A program made the translations under genes and the position numbers. DNA of 64,000 nucleotides from Alphaproteobacteria bacterium (GTDB taxonomy: Bacteria; Pseudomonadota; Alphaproteobacteria; JAUHZC01), in assembly GCA_030425805.1 (NCBI GenBank), contig JAUHZC010000003.1, positions 701 to 64,700 of the forward strand, read 5' to 3'. Below, piece after piece: positions 30,055 through 40,082 of this stretch. A model generated the notes under the pieces. The model worked only from the letters and a program-made list of their open reading frames with translations, had not been told where the DNA came from and ran no database searches. Position 1 is the first letter of the stretch. Each line of letters opens with the position of its first letter.

Positions 30055-30507
30055 TTATTCCTCTCCCAATCTCCCAAACTTCAGCAGGATGGCATTAGCC
30101 CGGAAATGTACATCTCGCTCATTATAACCAAGTTCAATGGCTTTTTTGTAATCTTTGAGGGCGCCTTCCAGATTTCCTAGGTCCTCTTTACTTACCCCGC
30201 GATGGTAGTACACTTCTCCCAAGTAGGGCTGGCGATTGTATTTTATTGCCAAAGTAAGGGCCTCCATTGCATCTTGGTAGCGCCCAAAAAAATCAAGGGT
30301 CACGCCTCTTTGAAAATGAGCTTCTGCATTTTCAGGTCTATATTTCAAAATATCTTCACTCAGAGCTAAGGCTTCCTCTAGCTTTGCTGTTGCCCGGAGG
30401 TCAAAAATTTGGAAGCGAATTTTTCTATTTGACCAATCTTCATATTTGGCATGTCCTTCATAGGCTATCAGGCTTAAGAAGGTTAAAAGTGTCAGTGCGG
30501 TTTTCAT
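30055..30507 (-). CDS. exported tetratricopeptide (TPR) repeat protein
   Basis: Signal peptide (MKTALTLLTFLSLIAYEGHA), followed by three or four TPR-like units ('AEAHFQRGVTLDFFGRYQDAMEALTLAIKYN', 'YYHRGVSKEDLGNLEGALKDYKKAIEL'). Confidence 0.6.
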   Translation of the reverse strand: MKTALTLLTFLSLIAYEGHAKYEDWSNRKIRFQIFDLRATAKLEEALALSEDILKYRPENAEAHFQRGVTLDFFGRYQDAMEALTLAIKYNRQPYLGEVYYHRGVSKEDLGNLEGALKDYKKAIELGYNERDVHFRANAILLKFGRLGEE

Positions 30508-30760
30508 AAGTTGCCTCCCCGTTTTTCGAGCATACTTACGCTCTTAAAAAGAGAGAATCAAGCGTTTAAATCCGCGAGGGGGCCTTATGGTTCACATGAT
30601 TTTCCGGAAATCTTTATCACTCCATAATTTAGCATTTTTAAAAAAATTGAAAGCCTGCAATGAGCCATGACCCCAGATCAAGTTCAGGGGGAAAAATCTG
30701 ATAAAGATCATTACGCAGGCTCTGGACCAGAGTCCGAATCACTGCATTGAATGCTTGTAA

Positions 30761-32083
30761 TTATAAAATAAACTTAGAAAGATCAGTCTGCTCTGAAAGA
30801 TGGCCCACCTTCTCTTGAACATAGGCTTCATCAATGGAGACCTTCTCTCCTCCACGATCTGTTGCGGTGAAGCTGATTTCTTCAAGAAGACGCTCCATCA
30901 CCGTTTGCAAACGACGAGCACCGATATTCTCAATATTACGATTAATTTCTACAGCCAATCGTGCCAAGGCCTTAATGGCCCCTTTGGTAAAGGTGAGTGT
31001 GATGTCTTCGGTCTCAAGAAGGGCTGTGTATTGCTTGATCAAGCTAGCCTCAGGTTCTGTGAGGATATGAACAAAATCCTCTTCCGTCAGGGCTTTGAGC
31101 TCCACACGAATGGGGAGACGCCCTTGGAGTTCAGGCAAAAGATCAGCTGGTTTTGCAAGGTGAAAAGCTCCAGAAGCAATAAAGAGGATGTGGTCTGTTT
31201 TCACCATGCCGTACTTGGTGGAAACAACAGTACCCTCAACCAAGGGTAAAAGGTCTCGCTGCACACCCTCCCGGCTAACATCTCCACCCCGGGCATTCAT
31301 ATGACTGCTATGGCAAATCTTATCAATCTCATCTAAAAAGACGATTCCATTTTGCTCCACATCCAGCAGAGCTTCTTTGACAATCTGGTCCTGGTCAATC
31401 AGCTTTTCACTTTCTTCTGTGATCAAGAGTTCCCGAGCTTCAACGACGGTCATTTTCTTGGTCTTCATTGATTTTCCGAAAGCTTTCCCCATCAGATCAC
31501 CCAGGTTCAGCATTCCCATCTGTGCTCCTGGCATTCCTGGAATATCCACAGTTGGCATAGAGGAAGAAGGAACATCCTCAACCTGAATATCAATAGATGT
31601 TTCATCCAGCTCACCCTTGCGGAACTTCAAACGAAATTTCTGACGGGTTTCCGCGCTAGCTTCTTTCCCAACAATAACATCCAGAATACGTTCTTCAGCT
31701 GCGTCCTCTGCTTTGACACGGACTTCCTTACGCCGAATTTCTTTATTTTGCGTGATAGCAACCTCAACCAAATCTCGCACGATTTGTTCTACATCACGCC
31801 CCACGTATCCAACTTCAGTAAACTTTGTTGCCTCGACTTTGACAAAAGGAGCCTGTGCAAGCTTTGCCAAACGCCGAGAAATCTCCGTCTTTCCTACCCC
31901 CGTTGGACCGATCATCAGAATATTTTTTGGCAAAATTTCTTCCCGAAGGTCTGGTTCCACCTGCATGCGACGCCAGCGGTTACGCAAAGCAATAGCAACT
32001 GCTTTTTTGGCCTCACCTTGGCCAATAATATAGCGATCTAATTCAGAGACAATCTCTCGTGGTGTAAATTCTGTAACACGCAT
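30761..32083 (-). CDS. hslU: ATP-dependent protease ATPase subunit HslU
   Basis: Walker A '[21 protein letters not shown]'; I-domain; C-terminal HslU signature. Immediately downstream of hslV. Confidence 0.9.
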   Translation of the reverse strand: MRVTEFTPREIVSELDRYIIGQGEAKKAVAIALRNRWRRMQVEPDLREEILPKNILMIGPTGVGKTEISRRLAKLAQAPFVKVEATKFTEVGYVGRDVEQIVRDLVEVAITQNKEIRRKEVRVKAEDAAEERILDVIVGKEASAETRQKFRLKFRKGELDETSIDIQVEDVPSSSMPTVDIPGMPGAQMGMLNLGDLMGKAFGKSMKTKKMTVVEARELLITEESEKLIDQDQIVKEALLDVEQNGIVFLDEIDKICHSSHMNARGGDVSREGVQRDLLPLVEGTVVSTKYGMVKTDHILFIASGAFHLAKPADLLPELQGRLPIRVELKALTEEDFVHILTEPEASLIKQYTALLETEDITLTFTKGAIKALARLAVEINRNIENIGARRLQTVMERLLEEISFTATDRGGEKVSIDEAYVQEKVGHLSEQTDLSKFIL

Positions 32084-32094
32084 ACTTCAAATCC

Positions 32095-32646
32095 TTATTT
32101 CGTAGAGAGCGTTTCAAAAACAAAATTATTATTGGTGTAGACACAAATGCCTGCTGCCACATTCATAGAGCGTTCTGCAATCTCACGGGCAGATAAGTCC
32201 ATATCCTGGAGAGCCCGGGCAGCTGAAAGAGCATAGGCTCCCCCACTTCCAATACCAATTAGACCATCTTCTGGCTCAAGAACATCCCCGTTCCCTGTCA
32301 AAATTAGGGATGTCTCACGATTTGCTACAGCCATCATGGCTTCAAGTCTACGGAGGTATTTATCTGTTCGCCAGTCCTTAGCCAATTCAACACAGGCCCG
32401 GGTCAATTGCGTGGGATACTGCTCAAGCTTTGCCTCAAGGCGCTCAAATAAGGTAAATGCATCAGCCGTTGCTCCTGCAAATCCAGCAATGACAGACCCA
32501 TCTCCAAGAGGGCGAACCTTCTTGGCATTTGACTTAATCATCTGATCTCCAAGAGTAACCTGGCCATCTCCACCGATCACGACTTGGTCTCCTTTGCGAA
32601 CAGACAAAATTGTAGTTCCGCGCCAACTCTCCACTGTATCCCCCAT
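32095..32646 (-). CDS. hslV: ATP-dependent protease subunit HslV
   Basis: '[21 protein letters not shown]' N-terminal Thr protease signature. Confidence 0.9.
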   Translation of the reverse strand: MGDTVESWRGTTILSVRKGDQVVIGGDGQVTLGDQMIKSNAKKVRPLGDGSVIAGFAGATADAFTLFERLEAKLEQYPTQLTRACVELAKDWRTDKYLRRLEAMMAVANRETSLILTGNGDVLEPEDGLIGIGSGGAYALSAARALQDMDLSAREIAERSMNVAAGICVYTNNNFVFETLSTK

Positions 32647-32693
32647 GATAAATCCTCTAGTATGGTCTTATTTTATTGAAAGGCTGAAGTCAA

Positions 32694-33047
32694 ATGTATG
32701 ATACCACAAATGTCTTTTGGAAAATTCTCGAAGGAGACATTCCTTGCACCCCAATCTACGAAACAGATCATATTTTTGTCTTTCCAGACATTGCACCCAA
32801 ACGAAAGATCCATCTTCTCTGCATCCCCAAAGGGAAATACACTGATTTCTCTGACTTCACTAAGAATGCCACAAAAGACGAGATCCAAGGATTTTGGAAA
32901 GGTGTTCAGGACGTTATTCGCTCTCACAACCTTGAAGACCAGGGATATCGTATTATTTCAAATATGGGATCTCAAGGAGGGCAGGAAGTGCCTCATTTTC
33001 ACATTCATATTCTTGCAGGAGAACCTGTGGGGCCTTTGGTAGCCTAA
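32694..33047 (+). CDS. HIT-family (histidine triad) hydrolase
   Basis: 'QEVPHFHIHILAG' HxHxHxx motif. Confidence 0.8.
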   Translation: MYDTTNVFWKILEGDIPCTPIYETDHIFVFPDIAPKRKIHLLCIPKGKYTDFSDFTKNATKDEIQGFWKGVQDVIRSHNLEDQGYRIISNMGSQGGQEVPHFHIHILAGEPVGPLVA

Positions 33048-34432
33048 GTGCTTGCTGATGCCCCTGCTGAAGCATCCGTTTCCGAGCAAAAATCTGCAAT
33101 TGTTTCTTTGATCCAGGTGTTGACTTCTGGTCGACCGAGATAGCTTGCATAAGTTTCACGATGATACACATTGCTGCCGTGCTCAGGCCTTATAATTGAA
33201 GGACCCATAGAGTAGCGCACATAGCATAAGATGCCAGCTAATTTCCCTCCAATAAACAGAGGAGACCCAGAACATCCTGAAAAAGGGCTTCCTGTGATAC
33301 GCAATTCATCTGAACGATCAGTTGTATGGATATAGTCTAGATCCTCAGCCTCATTTGCATTTACAAGGACCTCTGTACCATCTGAAATTGCTTTATAATG
33401 AGGGGAAACCTGATGAAGAAAAACTTGTAGACTGGACGTACTGTCTCTGAACAGCTCTTGAACTTTTCCCCCAACATAAGAGAGATATTTACCAATACCC
33501 GCAGGTCTTTCTTCTGAATCCACAACCTCAGCAACGGAGCATTCTTCACTCCACCCCGCAACACAAATTAAGGCTAAATCAATGGGAATATGTGAAACTT
33601 CCCAGGCATGTACATGAGAAGGACAATCTGAGTCAAAAAGGGCTACTTTTGAAACTGGGTACCCTTCCCTTCCTTGGTAAAGGGAGAAAGAAGATTCACG
33701 GCCTTGGATTGCCTTCGCTACATGTGCACAGGTTAAAAATACTCCTGGTGCGATCAGTGTTGCAATACCCCGGCTACTCCCCTTCATAACTCCAATGTAA
33801 AAGATTTTTGAACGATCAGGATCTGTACTCCCCGCAATCAAGGACCGGACCCTTGCATGTTCTGTAGGAAAGTAAATTCCCGAAATACTCCGTCGTATTG
33901 TTAGCAATAGATCTGTTTCTGTCCCTCCAGAAGCCCCTTCAGCCTCCATGAGCTCTTCAAGTTTCTCTCTTAAAGCCACATCTTTAGCTTCACCATATGA
34001 GGCCTCCTCAAAAAAATCTGTAGAGCCTGTCTCTCTTGTTACTAACCCTTCTGACACTAATTCTGCTATGGCTGCTTCAGAAAGATTCTCCCCTGTTGCA
34101 ACGTCAACAAAATCAGCAGCCTGATAATATTCAGCAGCTAGAGCATATTGTTTTTGAGCTTGTGCAGAACGACCCAGATAATATAAAGCTTCTGAACGGA
34201 TCTCAACACGCGCAGAGAGTAGTTTTCTTAAACAAAACTCTCCTGCTTTATAAGCACCTTTTTCAATAAGGCATTTCCCATGATTAAGTTGGTTTGGAAG
34301 CCGTATTAATTCTTCAGCAATTTCTTTTGTGCTCCCTAAAAAAACAGGGTTAGAGCGATACGAAACCTCCAGTGCTTGAGCACCCCATACCAATACAGGC
34401 AAAAAAGCCCACAAAAAACACCACCGTGCCAT
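33044..34432 (-). CDS. exported trypsin-like (S1) serine peptidase with N-terminal TPR/Sel1-like region
   Basis: Signal peptide; the N-terminal half is helical repeat ('ALYYLGRSAQAQKQYALAAEYYQAA'); C-terminal 'GVFLTCAHVA' (His) ... 'GCSGSPLFIGG' (Ser) catalytic motifs. Confidence 0.6.
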   Translation of the reverse strand: MARWCFLWAFLPVLVWGAQALEVSYRSNPVFLGSTKEIAEELIRLPNQLNHGKCLIEKGAYKAGEFCLRKLLSARVEIRSEALYYLGRSAQAQKQYALAAEYYQAADFVDVATGENLSEAAIAELVSEGLVTRETGSTDFFEEASYGEAKDVALREKLEELMEAEGASGGTETDLLLTIRRSISGIYFPTEHARVRSLIAGSTDPDRSKIFYIGVMKGSSRGIATLIAPGVFLTCAHVAKAIQGRESSFSLYQGREGYPVSKVALFDSDCPSHVHAWEVSHIPIDLALICVAGWSEECSVAEVVDSEERPAGIGKYLSYVGGKVQELFRDSTSSLQVFLHQVSPHYKAISDGTEVLVNANEAEDLDYIHTTDRSDELRITGSPFSGCSGSPLFIGGKLAGILCYVRYSMGPSIIRPEHGSNVYHRETYASYLGRPEVNTWIKETIADFCSETDASAGASAST

Positions 34433-34500
34433 AGAAAATCTTTTTAATTTCTATACTTAGTGTCTCCATCAAGGCTTTAAAAAAAGTTAATATGAGGGAA

Positions 34501-36009
34501 TTACCCCGCCTGTCTATAGGATAGAGCCTCTGCCACATGAGATTTTAAGACCTTTGTTTCACTCCCCAGATCTGCAATGGTTTGACTTACCTTCAAAACC
34601 CGATGAAACGCCCGTGCAGAGAGCCGCAGCTTTTCAGCAGCTTTCAGAGCTAAATCTTCAGCCTCTTTATCGAGGCTGATGAAGACTTCAATGTGCTTTG
34701 CCTGCATTTGAGCATTGGTACGCAGAGCTTTATCGCTGACAGCCTGAAATCTTGTCTTTTGCTTTTCTCGAGCCTGAGTCACCCGTTTCAAAACATCTTT
34801 ACTAGGCTCTGCAGGCCTCAGGCGTCTAAGCTCCTGAGGACTTAGGGCCTCGACTGTAAATCGGAGATCAATCCGATCCAGAAGAGGACCCGAGAGACGA
34901 TTTTGATAATCCTGCACACAATGAGGTATTCTCTTACAACTACGCTCGGAATCTCCTGCATACCCACACCGACAAGGATTCATCGCACTAATGAGCTGAA
35001 AAGAGGCAGGGTAATCATATCGAGCATTTGCCCGAGAAATTGACACATTCCCTGTTTCCAATGGTTGACGCAAAGCCTCGAGGGTATGGCGAGAAAACTC
35101 CGGCAGCTCATCCAAAAACAAAACACCCCGATGAGCAAGAGAAATATCCCCAGGCCGGGCGCGACTCCCCCCACCAACTAAGGCAGGAAGAGAAGCCGAG
35201 TGATGGGGAGAGCGAAAAGGACGCTGTCGGATTAACTGTCCTTTTTTAAGATGCCCCGCAATACTATGTACCATCGTAACTTCTAGGGCTTCTTCCGGAG
35301 ACAGTGATGGAAGAATGCTTGGCATGCGGGCAGCCAGCATAGACTTTCCTGCACCTGGAGGACCTACCATCAACACATTATGCCCCCCTGCAGCAGCAAC
35401 CTCCAAGGCTCGTTTAGCTGATTCTTGCCCCTTTACATCTTTCAGATCTAAAACTTCTGTGGAGTGATCCTGCATTTTGGGCTTTGGAGGGGTTAAAACC
35501 TGGCGCCCTTTGTAGTGATTAACAAGCTGAAGCAAATGTTCTGGAGCAATCAAGTCAACTCCCTTCGCCCAGGCTGCCTCTGATCCTGAAGCATGTGGGC
35601 AAATTAAAGAACAGTTTCGACTCAAAGCCTCCACCGCTGCAGGTAAAGCCCCAGATATAGGAGCTAAACGCCCATCCAGCCCGAGCTCTCCAAGAGCTAT
35701 AACGTCTTCAAAACGATTTTTTTTCAGGACCCCCATGCTTTCTAAAAGGCCTATGGCTATAGGGAGATCATAATGATTTCCCTCCTTTTGGAGGTCTGCC
35801 GGTGAGAGATTAACGGTGATCCGTTTTGCAGGCAATGATAACCCCATCGCTAAAAGAGCTGAGCGCACCCTCTCTCTTGACTCCCCGATTGCCTTATCAG
35901 GTAAGCCCACAATAGTGAAAGCCGGAATCCCATCTGCAATTTGGACCTGAACTGTAACTAGACGCACGTCCAGTCCCTGAAATGCAACTGTTTGGACCTG
36001 TGAAACCAT
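34501..36009 (-). CDS. YifB/ComM family Mg-chelatase-like AAA+ ATPase
   Basis: N-terminal Lon-like domain; Walker A 'LMVGPPGAGKSMLA'; C-terminal ChlI/YifB domain. ~500 aa. Confidence 0.85.
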   Translation of the reverse strand: MVSQVQTVAFQGLDVRLVTVQVQIADGIPAFTIVGLPDKAIGESRERVRSALLAMGLSLPAKRITVNLSPADLQKEGNHYDLPIAIGLLESMGVLKKNRFEDVIALGELGLDGRLAPISGALPAAVEALSRNCSLICPHASGSEAAWAKGVDLIAPEHLLQLVNHYKGRQVLTPPKPKMQDHSTEVLDLKDVKGQESAKRALEVAAAGGHNVLMVGPPGAGKSMLAARMPSILPSLSPEEALEVTMVHSIAGHLKKGQLIRQRPFRSPHHSASLPALVGGGSRARPGDISLAHRGVLFLDELPEFSRHTLEALRQPLETGNVSISRANARYDYPASFQLISAMNPCRCGYAGDSERSCKRIPHCVQDYQNRLSGPLLDRIDLRFTVEALSPQELRRLRPAEPSKDVLKRVTQAREKQKTRFQAVSDKALRTNAQMQAKHIEVFISLDKEAEDLALKAAEKLRLSARAFHRVLKVSQTIADLGSETKVLKSHVAEALSYRQAG

Positions 36010-36078
36010 AGCCCCCCCCTTTATAAATTGATTAAAACTGTCCCTTTGCTATGATGATGTCAAGATTGCGAATACATA

Positions 36079-36684
36079 ATGTTTTCTTTTTTACACACTG
36101 TCCTTCTTATTTTGATTACTTGGATGGCTGGCTTTTGGGGCTTTGCTTGGCATGTGAATCATCTTTCTCCTCCTTCTCCAATCCCTAAGGCCCAGGGAAT
36201 TGCTGTTTTCACGGGAGGAAGTGATCGTATGCGAGAAGGACTCAAGCTCTTAAGCCAAGGCTACGGCGAAGTGCTTTTAATTTCTGGTGTGAATGTTCGC
36301 GTCAAAAGAGGAGATATCGGTTTTCTTCAAAAGCACAAAAACCAAGTTTTTCGGCCTAATATCACCCTCGGCCACGAGGCTTATGATACGACTGGAAATG
36401 CCGAAGAAGCAGCCCAATGGGCTCAAGAACTGAATATCTCCAAAATTATTCTCGTCACATCTTCTTACCATATGCCCCGCTCTCTTGCGGAAGTGCATGC
36501 TCTTCTTCCCCATGCTAAAATTATTCCCTACCCCGTTGTTCCTCCCCGTTGGCGAAGAATGCCTTGGTGGCAATCCCCAAATGGTCCATGGTATATGATG
36601 TCTGAATACAATAAATTTTTGTTTGTCAAAGTACGTCAGATGATATCCTCTATCTTCACAATCATTATGAAAGGTATCGCATGA
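36079..36684 (+). CDS. DUF218 (YdcF/SanA/ElyC family) protein
   Basis: TM N-terminus followed by the DUF218 core 'GIAVFTGGSDRMREGLKLLSQGYGEVLLISGVN'. Confidence 0.6.
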   Translation: MFSFLHTVLLILITWMAGFWGFAWHVNHLSPPSPIPKAQGIAVFTGGSDRMREGLKLLSQGYGEVLLISGVNVRVKRGDIGFLQKHKNQVFRPNITLGHEAYDTTGNAEEAAQWAQELNISKIILVTSSYHMPRSLAEVHALLPHAKIIPYPVVPPRWRRMPWWQSPNGPWYMMSEYNKFLFVKVRQMISSIFTIIMKGIA

Positions 36685-38216
36685 GATCCTTGCTCTTCCA
36701 GCTTGCTTTCTACCCTTATCTTTTTGGGGCCTTGGCTTTTGTCATGCCCTTCTACCTCACTTCAACGGAGAGAGTGCACTACTTTCGTTCTCAGATTTTG
36801 GCAAAAGGGATTTTGTGGCTTCTCAGGGTCATTCAGAATATTCATCTTAAGGTCAAAAACATTGAAAATATTCCACAAGGTCCTTGTGTGATAGCCGCCC
36901 GCCATGAATCTGTTTTTGATACAGTTGTTCTGCCTTTCCTCTTTCCCGAAGGTGCCATGGTTTACAAAAAAGAACTGGAAAACATCCCTTTATTTGGTTT
37001 ATTACTCCGAAAATCCAAGATGATTGCTGTAGATCGCCAAGCAGGCTCTGCAGCTCTCAAAGATCTGCTCGCCAAGGGACAAGCCCTTAAGGAGCAGGGA
37101 CGTCCCATTATTATTTTTCCAGAAGGCACACGTGTCTCTCCTGGTGAAAAACAAAATCTCCAACCGGGAGCAGCAGCTCTTGCAAAACACCTCAATCTCC
37201 CCCTGGTTCCGGTTGGAACAAACTCAGGAACACACTGGCCACGCCGCACCTTTTATAAGTTTCCAGGAACAATTTTCCTCAACTTTGGGAAACCTCTTTT
37301 GCCAAAGGGAACTATTAAAGCCATTAATCAAACTTTAGCTGAAAAAATTCATGATCTCAGCTTTGGGCTGCCAACCCAAGACCTCCCTTCCCAAAAGAGA
37401 AAATCCCCCTTTGCGACTCTGGTAGCAGCTGTTTTTGGACTTTTTCTTCTCTTGCGCTTAGGGGAAAGTGCCATTCTCTTTTATGCTGCTCAGGAATTTC
37501 GAGATCACATTTCCGATAAACCTAAAGCCGTTTATACGCAAAAATCGAAAATCAAAGTGGATTATGTCCGGCTAAAACCTTTCTTCCTTTTTGAAACTGT
37601 AAAATTTCCTCTCCCCAAAGACCGTGGTGAATCCTCTATTAAGAAAATCCGTTTGAAAGTTGATTGGCTCAAGATGGGGATTTCTTTGAAGTTTGAAGAG
37701 TATGAAACAAAAATCAAAAACGCAAAAATTGAAGCTGATGCTGTAACCGGACACATCTTTTTTCTTTCCAGATGTGCTGATCTGTCTGCACCAAAGCTCT
37801 TTCTTACCGTTCAAGATCAGAAAAAGATTTCCTTTAAAAACCCGACTCTTTCAGTCAAAAAACCATGCTATACCCTCCGCTTTGATAAAATTGAGCATTC
37901 TTACCCAAAACTCCCTGCTGTGTTTGATACAGGGGCTGTAGAGCTCACACTTGAAGAAGAAGGACTTGAACTTGAAATTCTCAAGCTGATGACGACAGTT
38001 GCCCACCTTGTAAAAGTTAATGTACAAGGCCATGCATCCTTTAAACACCCCGATGATCTTGTTCTCAGCGCAACGCTTACAGCGGAACCTGGGCATGAAG
38101 GATTTTTAAATTTAGCAAACCAACTCCTCCCCTTGGATAAAGTCATCCAAGACGATCCAAAAACTGGACGTCCTCAGATTGCCCTCAATTTCCAAGGCAA
38201 AATCCACCATGAGTAG
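36681..38216 (+). CDS. 1-acyl-sn-glycerol-3-phosphate acyltransferase (PlsC) domain fused to a ~280-aa C-terminal TM + unknown domain
   Basis: 'ARHESVFDTVVL' (HxxxxD) and 'IIFPEGTR' PlsC motifs in the first ~230 aa. Then a hydrophobic helix ('FATLVAAVFGLFLLLRLG') and an uncharacterised, predicted beta-rich domain. Confidence 0.6.
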   Translation: MRSLLFQLAFYPYLFGALAFVMPFYLTSTERVHYFRSQILAKGILWLLRVIQNIHLKVKNIENIPQGPCVIAARHESVFDTVVLPFLFPEGAMVYKKELENIPLFGLLLRKSKMIAVDRQAGSAALKDLLAKGQALKEQGRPIIIFPEGTRVSPGEKQNLQPGAAALAKHLNLPLVPVGTNSGTHWPRRTFYKFPGTIFLNFGKPLLPKGTIKAINQTLAEKIHDLSFGLPTQDLPSQKRKSPFATLVAAVFGLFLLLRLGESAILFYAAQEFRDHISDKPKAVYTQKSKIKVDYVRLKPFFLFETVKFPLPKDRGESSIKKIRLKVDWLKMGISLKFEEYETKIKNAKIEADAVTGHIFFLSRCADLSAPKLFLTVQDQKKISFKNPTLSVKKPCYTLRFDKIEHSYPKLPAVFDTGAVELTLEEEGLELEILKLMTTVAHLVKVNVQGHASFKHPDDLVLSATLTAEPGHEGFLNLANQLLPLDKVIQDDPKTGRPQIALNFQGKIHHE

Positions 38217-39144
38217 CCAAAAACTCATTGTTGGCCTTAAAACATGGCAAGACTTTGATCATCTTGAAGGCCAAAAATTCTTGGAGCTTGTTAAAGCTGG
38301 AGCTTTTGGCGGGGTCATTCTATTTGCAGACAACTGTCACTCTCCCTCTCAAGTTAAAAGCTTAACGGGTATCCTAAAAGAAGCTGCTGGAGATCGCCCT
38401 TTCTGGATCAGCATTGATGAAGAAGGAGGACTTGTTACCCGACTGAATGAGTCATTTGACCTAAGGATTCCAACAGCAAAAGATCTTGGAGCCTTCCAAA
38501 ATCCTAAAACCTACACGGGGTTCACAACTCAGGCCCAAATTCTGCAAGACCTTGGGATCAATCTTAACTTTTCCCCTGTTGTTGATCTTGCGCTAGGGTC
38601 CCCTGTTGTTGAGAAAAAAGGACGTTCTTTCGGCGCAAATCCCGATCATATTATCGGTTGGGCACAGTCTTTTCTCAAACAATCACTTGAGAAAGGGGTT
38701 ATGGGGTGTCTCAAGCATTTTCCTGGTCATGGAGCCTTAAGCGTCGATACCCATGATTGTGTCGCCTATGCAGATGATCTGGAGATCCAAGCCCTTAAGC
38801 CGTTTCAAAAACTTCACAAGGCCTTTCCCCAGGTCCCTATTATGTTGGCTCATGTTGTGATCCAAAAGTTTGATGACCAAGTTTCTTGCCTATCCCCAAA
38901 ATGGCGTGCTGTAATTCATCAAGCCCTTTCACCAAAAGCCTGTGTCATTACCGATGATCTGAGTATGGGTGCCCTTCAAAATGTCCCTGACCCTAAAAAA
39001 CGCCTCAAATTAGCCCTTCAGGGACCTGCAGATTTTCTCATCTTCTCTCAAAATCCGAAAGCAAGTTTATCTCATAAATTCAAGATGTTAACCTATGAAG
39101 AAATGATTGAGATCTGTGACTTGACTGACACAAGACCAGTATAA
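38209..39144 (+). CDS. nagZ: beta-N-acetylhexosaminidase NagZ (GH3)
   Basis: 'CLKHFPGHGALSVDTHD' GH3 motif. ~310 aa, matching the size of bacterial NagZ. Confidence 0.8.
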   Translation: MSSQKLIVGLKTWQDFDHLEGQKFLELVKAGAFGGVILFADNCHSPSQVKSLTGILKEAAGDRPFWISIDEEGGLVTRLNESFDLRIPTAKDLGAFQNPKTYTGFTTQAQILQDLGINLNFSPVVDLALGSPVVEKKGRSFGANPDHIIGWAQSFLKQSLEKGVMGCLKHFPGHGALSVDTHDCVAYADDLEIQALKPFQKLHKAFPQVPIMLAHVVIQKFDDQVSCLSPKWRAVIHQALSPKACVITDDLSMGALQNVPDPKKRLKLALQGPADFLIFSQNPKASLSHKFKMLTYEEMIEICDLTDTRPV

Positions 39145-39221
39145 AAATGTAAAAAAAGAATTAAAACTTGATTTACAGAAAATTAAGACCTATATATCCA
39201 TCGGAAAATAAATATACACAG

Positions 39222-40079
39222 ATGGCAACTTTGAATTTAAAAAATACAATGAAATGTCTTTTTGTAACAGGGTGTTTCCTTGCGCTTGGTGCCTTTACAC
39301 CGAGTGGAAAAGTTTCTGAGACTTTAGACCTTTCTCCTCCAAGCTGTAAGCCTTTGATGATCAAGCCTCTTCGTTTTACAAAAGTTGAGGAACTTCAAAA
39401 GTGCTTCCAAGATGCAGGATATGATTCTGTTGAGAATTTAAAATCTGTCCCAGCGCTTGTTGTGCATCACTTGCCTCATAATATCACGAAGAAGATGCCA
39501 ACTGTGCAGCGCAAAAAAGCCTTTATTCAGGCTGTCCTTCCACTGATTCTGCATGCAAATCATGCTGTACGCCAGGAAAGGACTTATATCAAGCATTTGC
39601 AAAAGAAAGAATCCTTGTCTCCCAAAGATCAGGCTTGGCTGACGAAGATCGAGAAAAAATATAATGTGAAAAGTGGAGATTTTAAAGAACTCCTCAGCCG
39701 TGTTGATGAAGTTCCTGTATCTATGGCCCTCGCACAAGCTGCTATCGAGACAGGTTGGGGGACATCCTATGCCGTCCGTAAGAAAAACAACTTGTTTGGC
39801 GTCACACCTCCTTCTGGCGTTGCACGTTATAAGCATTTGGAAGAAAGCACGCACGCATACCTGCGAAATCTCAACACACACCGGGCTTACAAAGATATGC
39901 GTATCATGCGCTCTGCCATGCGCAAGGCTAACAAACCTCTGTGTGCACATGGCCTTATGGGCAAGTTGATTCACTACTGTGAATATAAGGGATGGTACGT
40001 GAAGTATGTTCGCAACATGATTGCTAAGAACAATCTCCGCCGCTTTGATAAAGTGGCCTACGCACCAGCTCTCGCTTAG
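39222..40079 (+). CDS. exported glucosaminidase-domain protein (FlgJ/Bax-like mannosyl-glycoprotein endo-beta-N-acetylglucosaminidase)
   Basis: Signal peptide from the internal start (MATLNLKNTMKCLFVTGCFLALGAF). 'ALAQAAIETGWGTSYAVRKKNNLFGV' glucosaminidase signature. Confidence 0.65.
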   Translation: MATLNLKNTMKCLFVTGCFLALGAFTPSGKVSETLDLSPPSCKPLMIKPLRFTKVEELQKCFQDAGYDSVENLKSVPALVVHHLPHNITKKMPTVQRKKAFIQAVLPLILHANHAVRQERTYIKHLQKKESLSPKDQAWLTKIEKKYNVKSGDFKELLSRVDEVPVSMALAQAAIETGWGTSYAVRKKNNLFGVTPPSGVARYKHLEESTHAYLRNLNTHRAYKDMRIMRSAMRKANKPLCAHGLMGKLIHYCEYKGWYVKYVRNMIAKNNLRRFDKVAYAPALA

Positions 40080-40082
40080 AGC

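Noticed and set aside
30508-30760. Search for a direct repeat of the tRNA-Asn 3' end (att-like) bounding the 27.9-30.5 kb accessory segment
   Set aside because: Only a weak, partial resemblance ('ccgcgagggggcc') was seen by eye, too short and degenerate to call. Left as a check inside the lysozyme/MuF finding.
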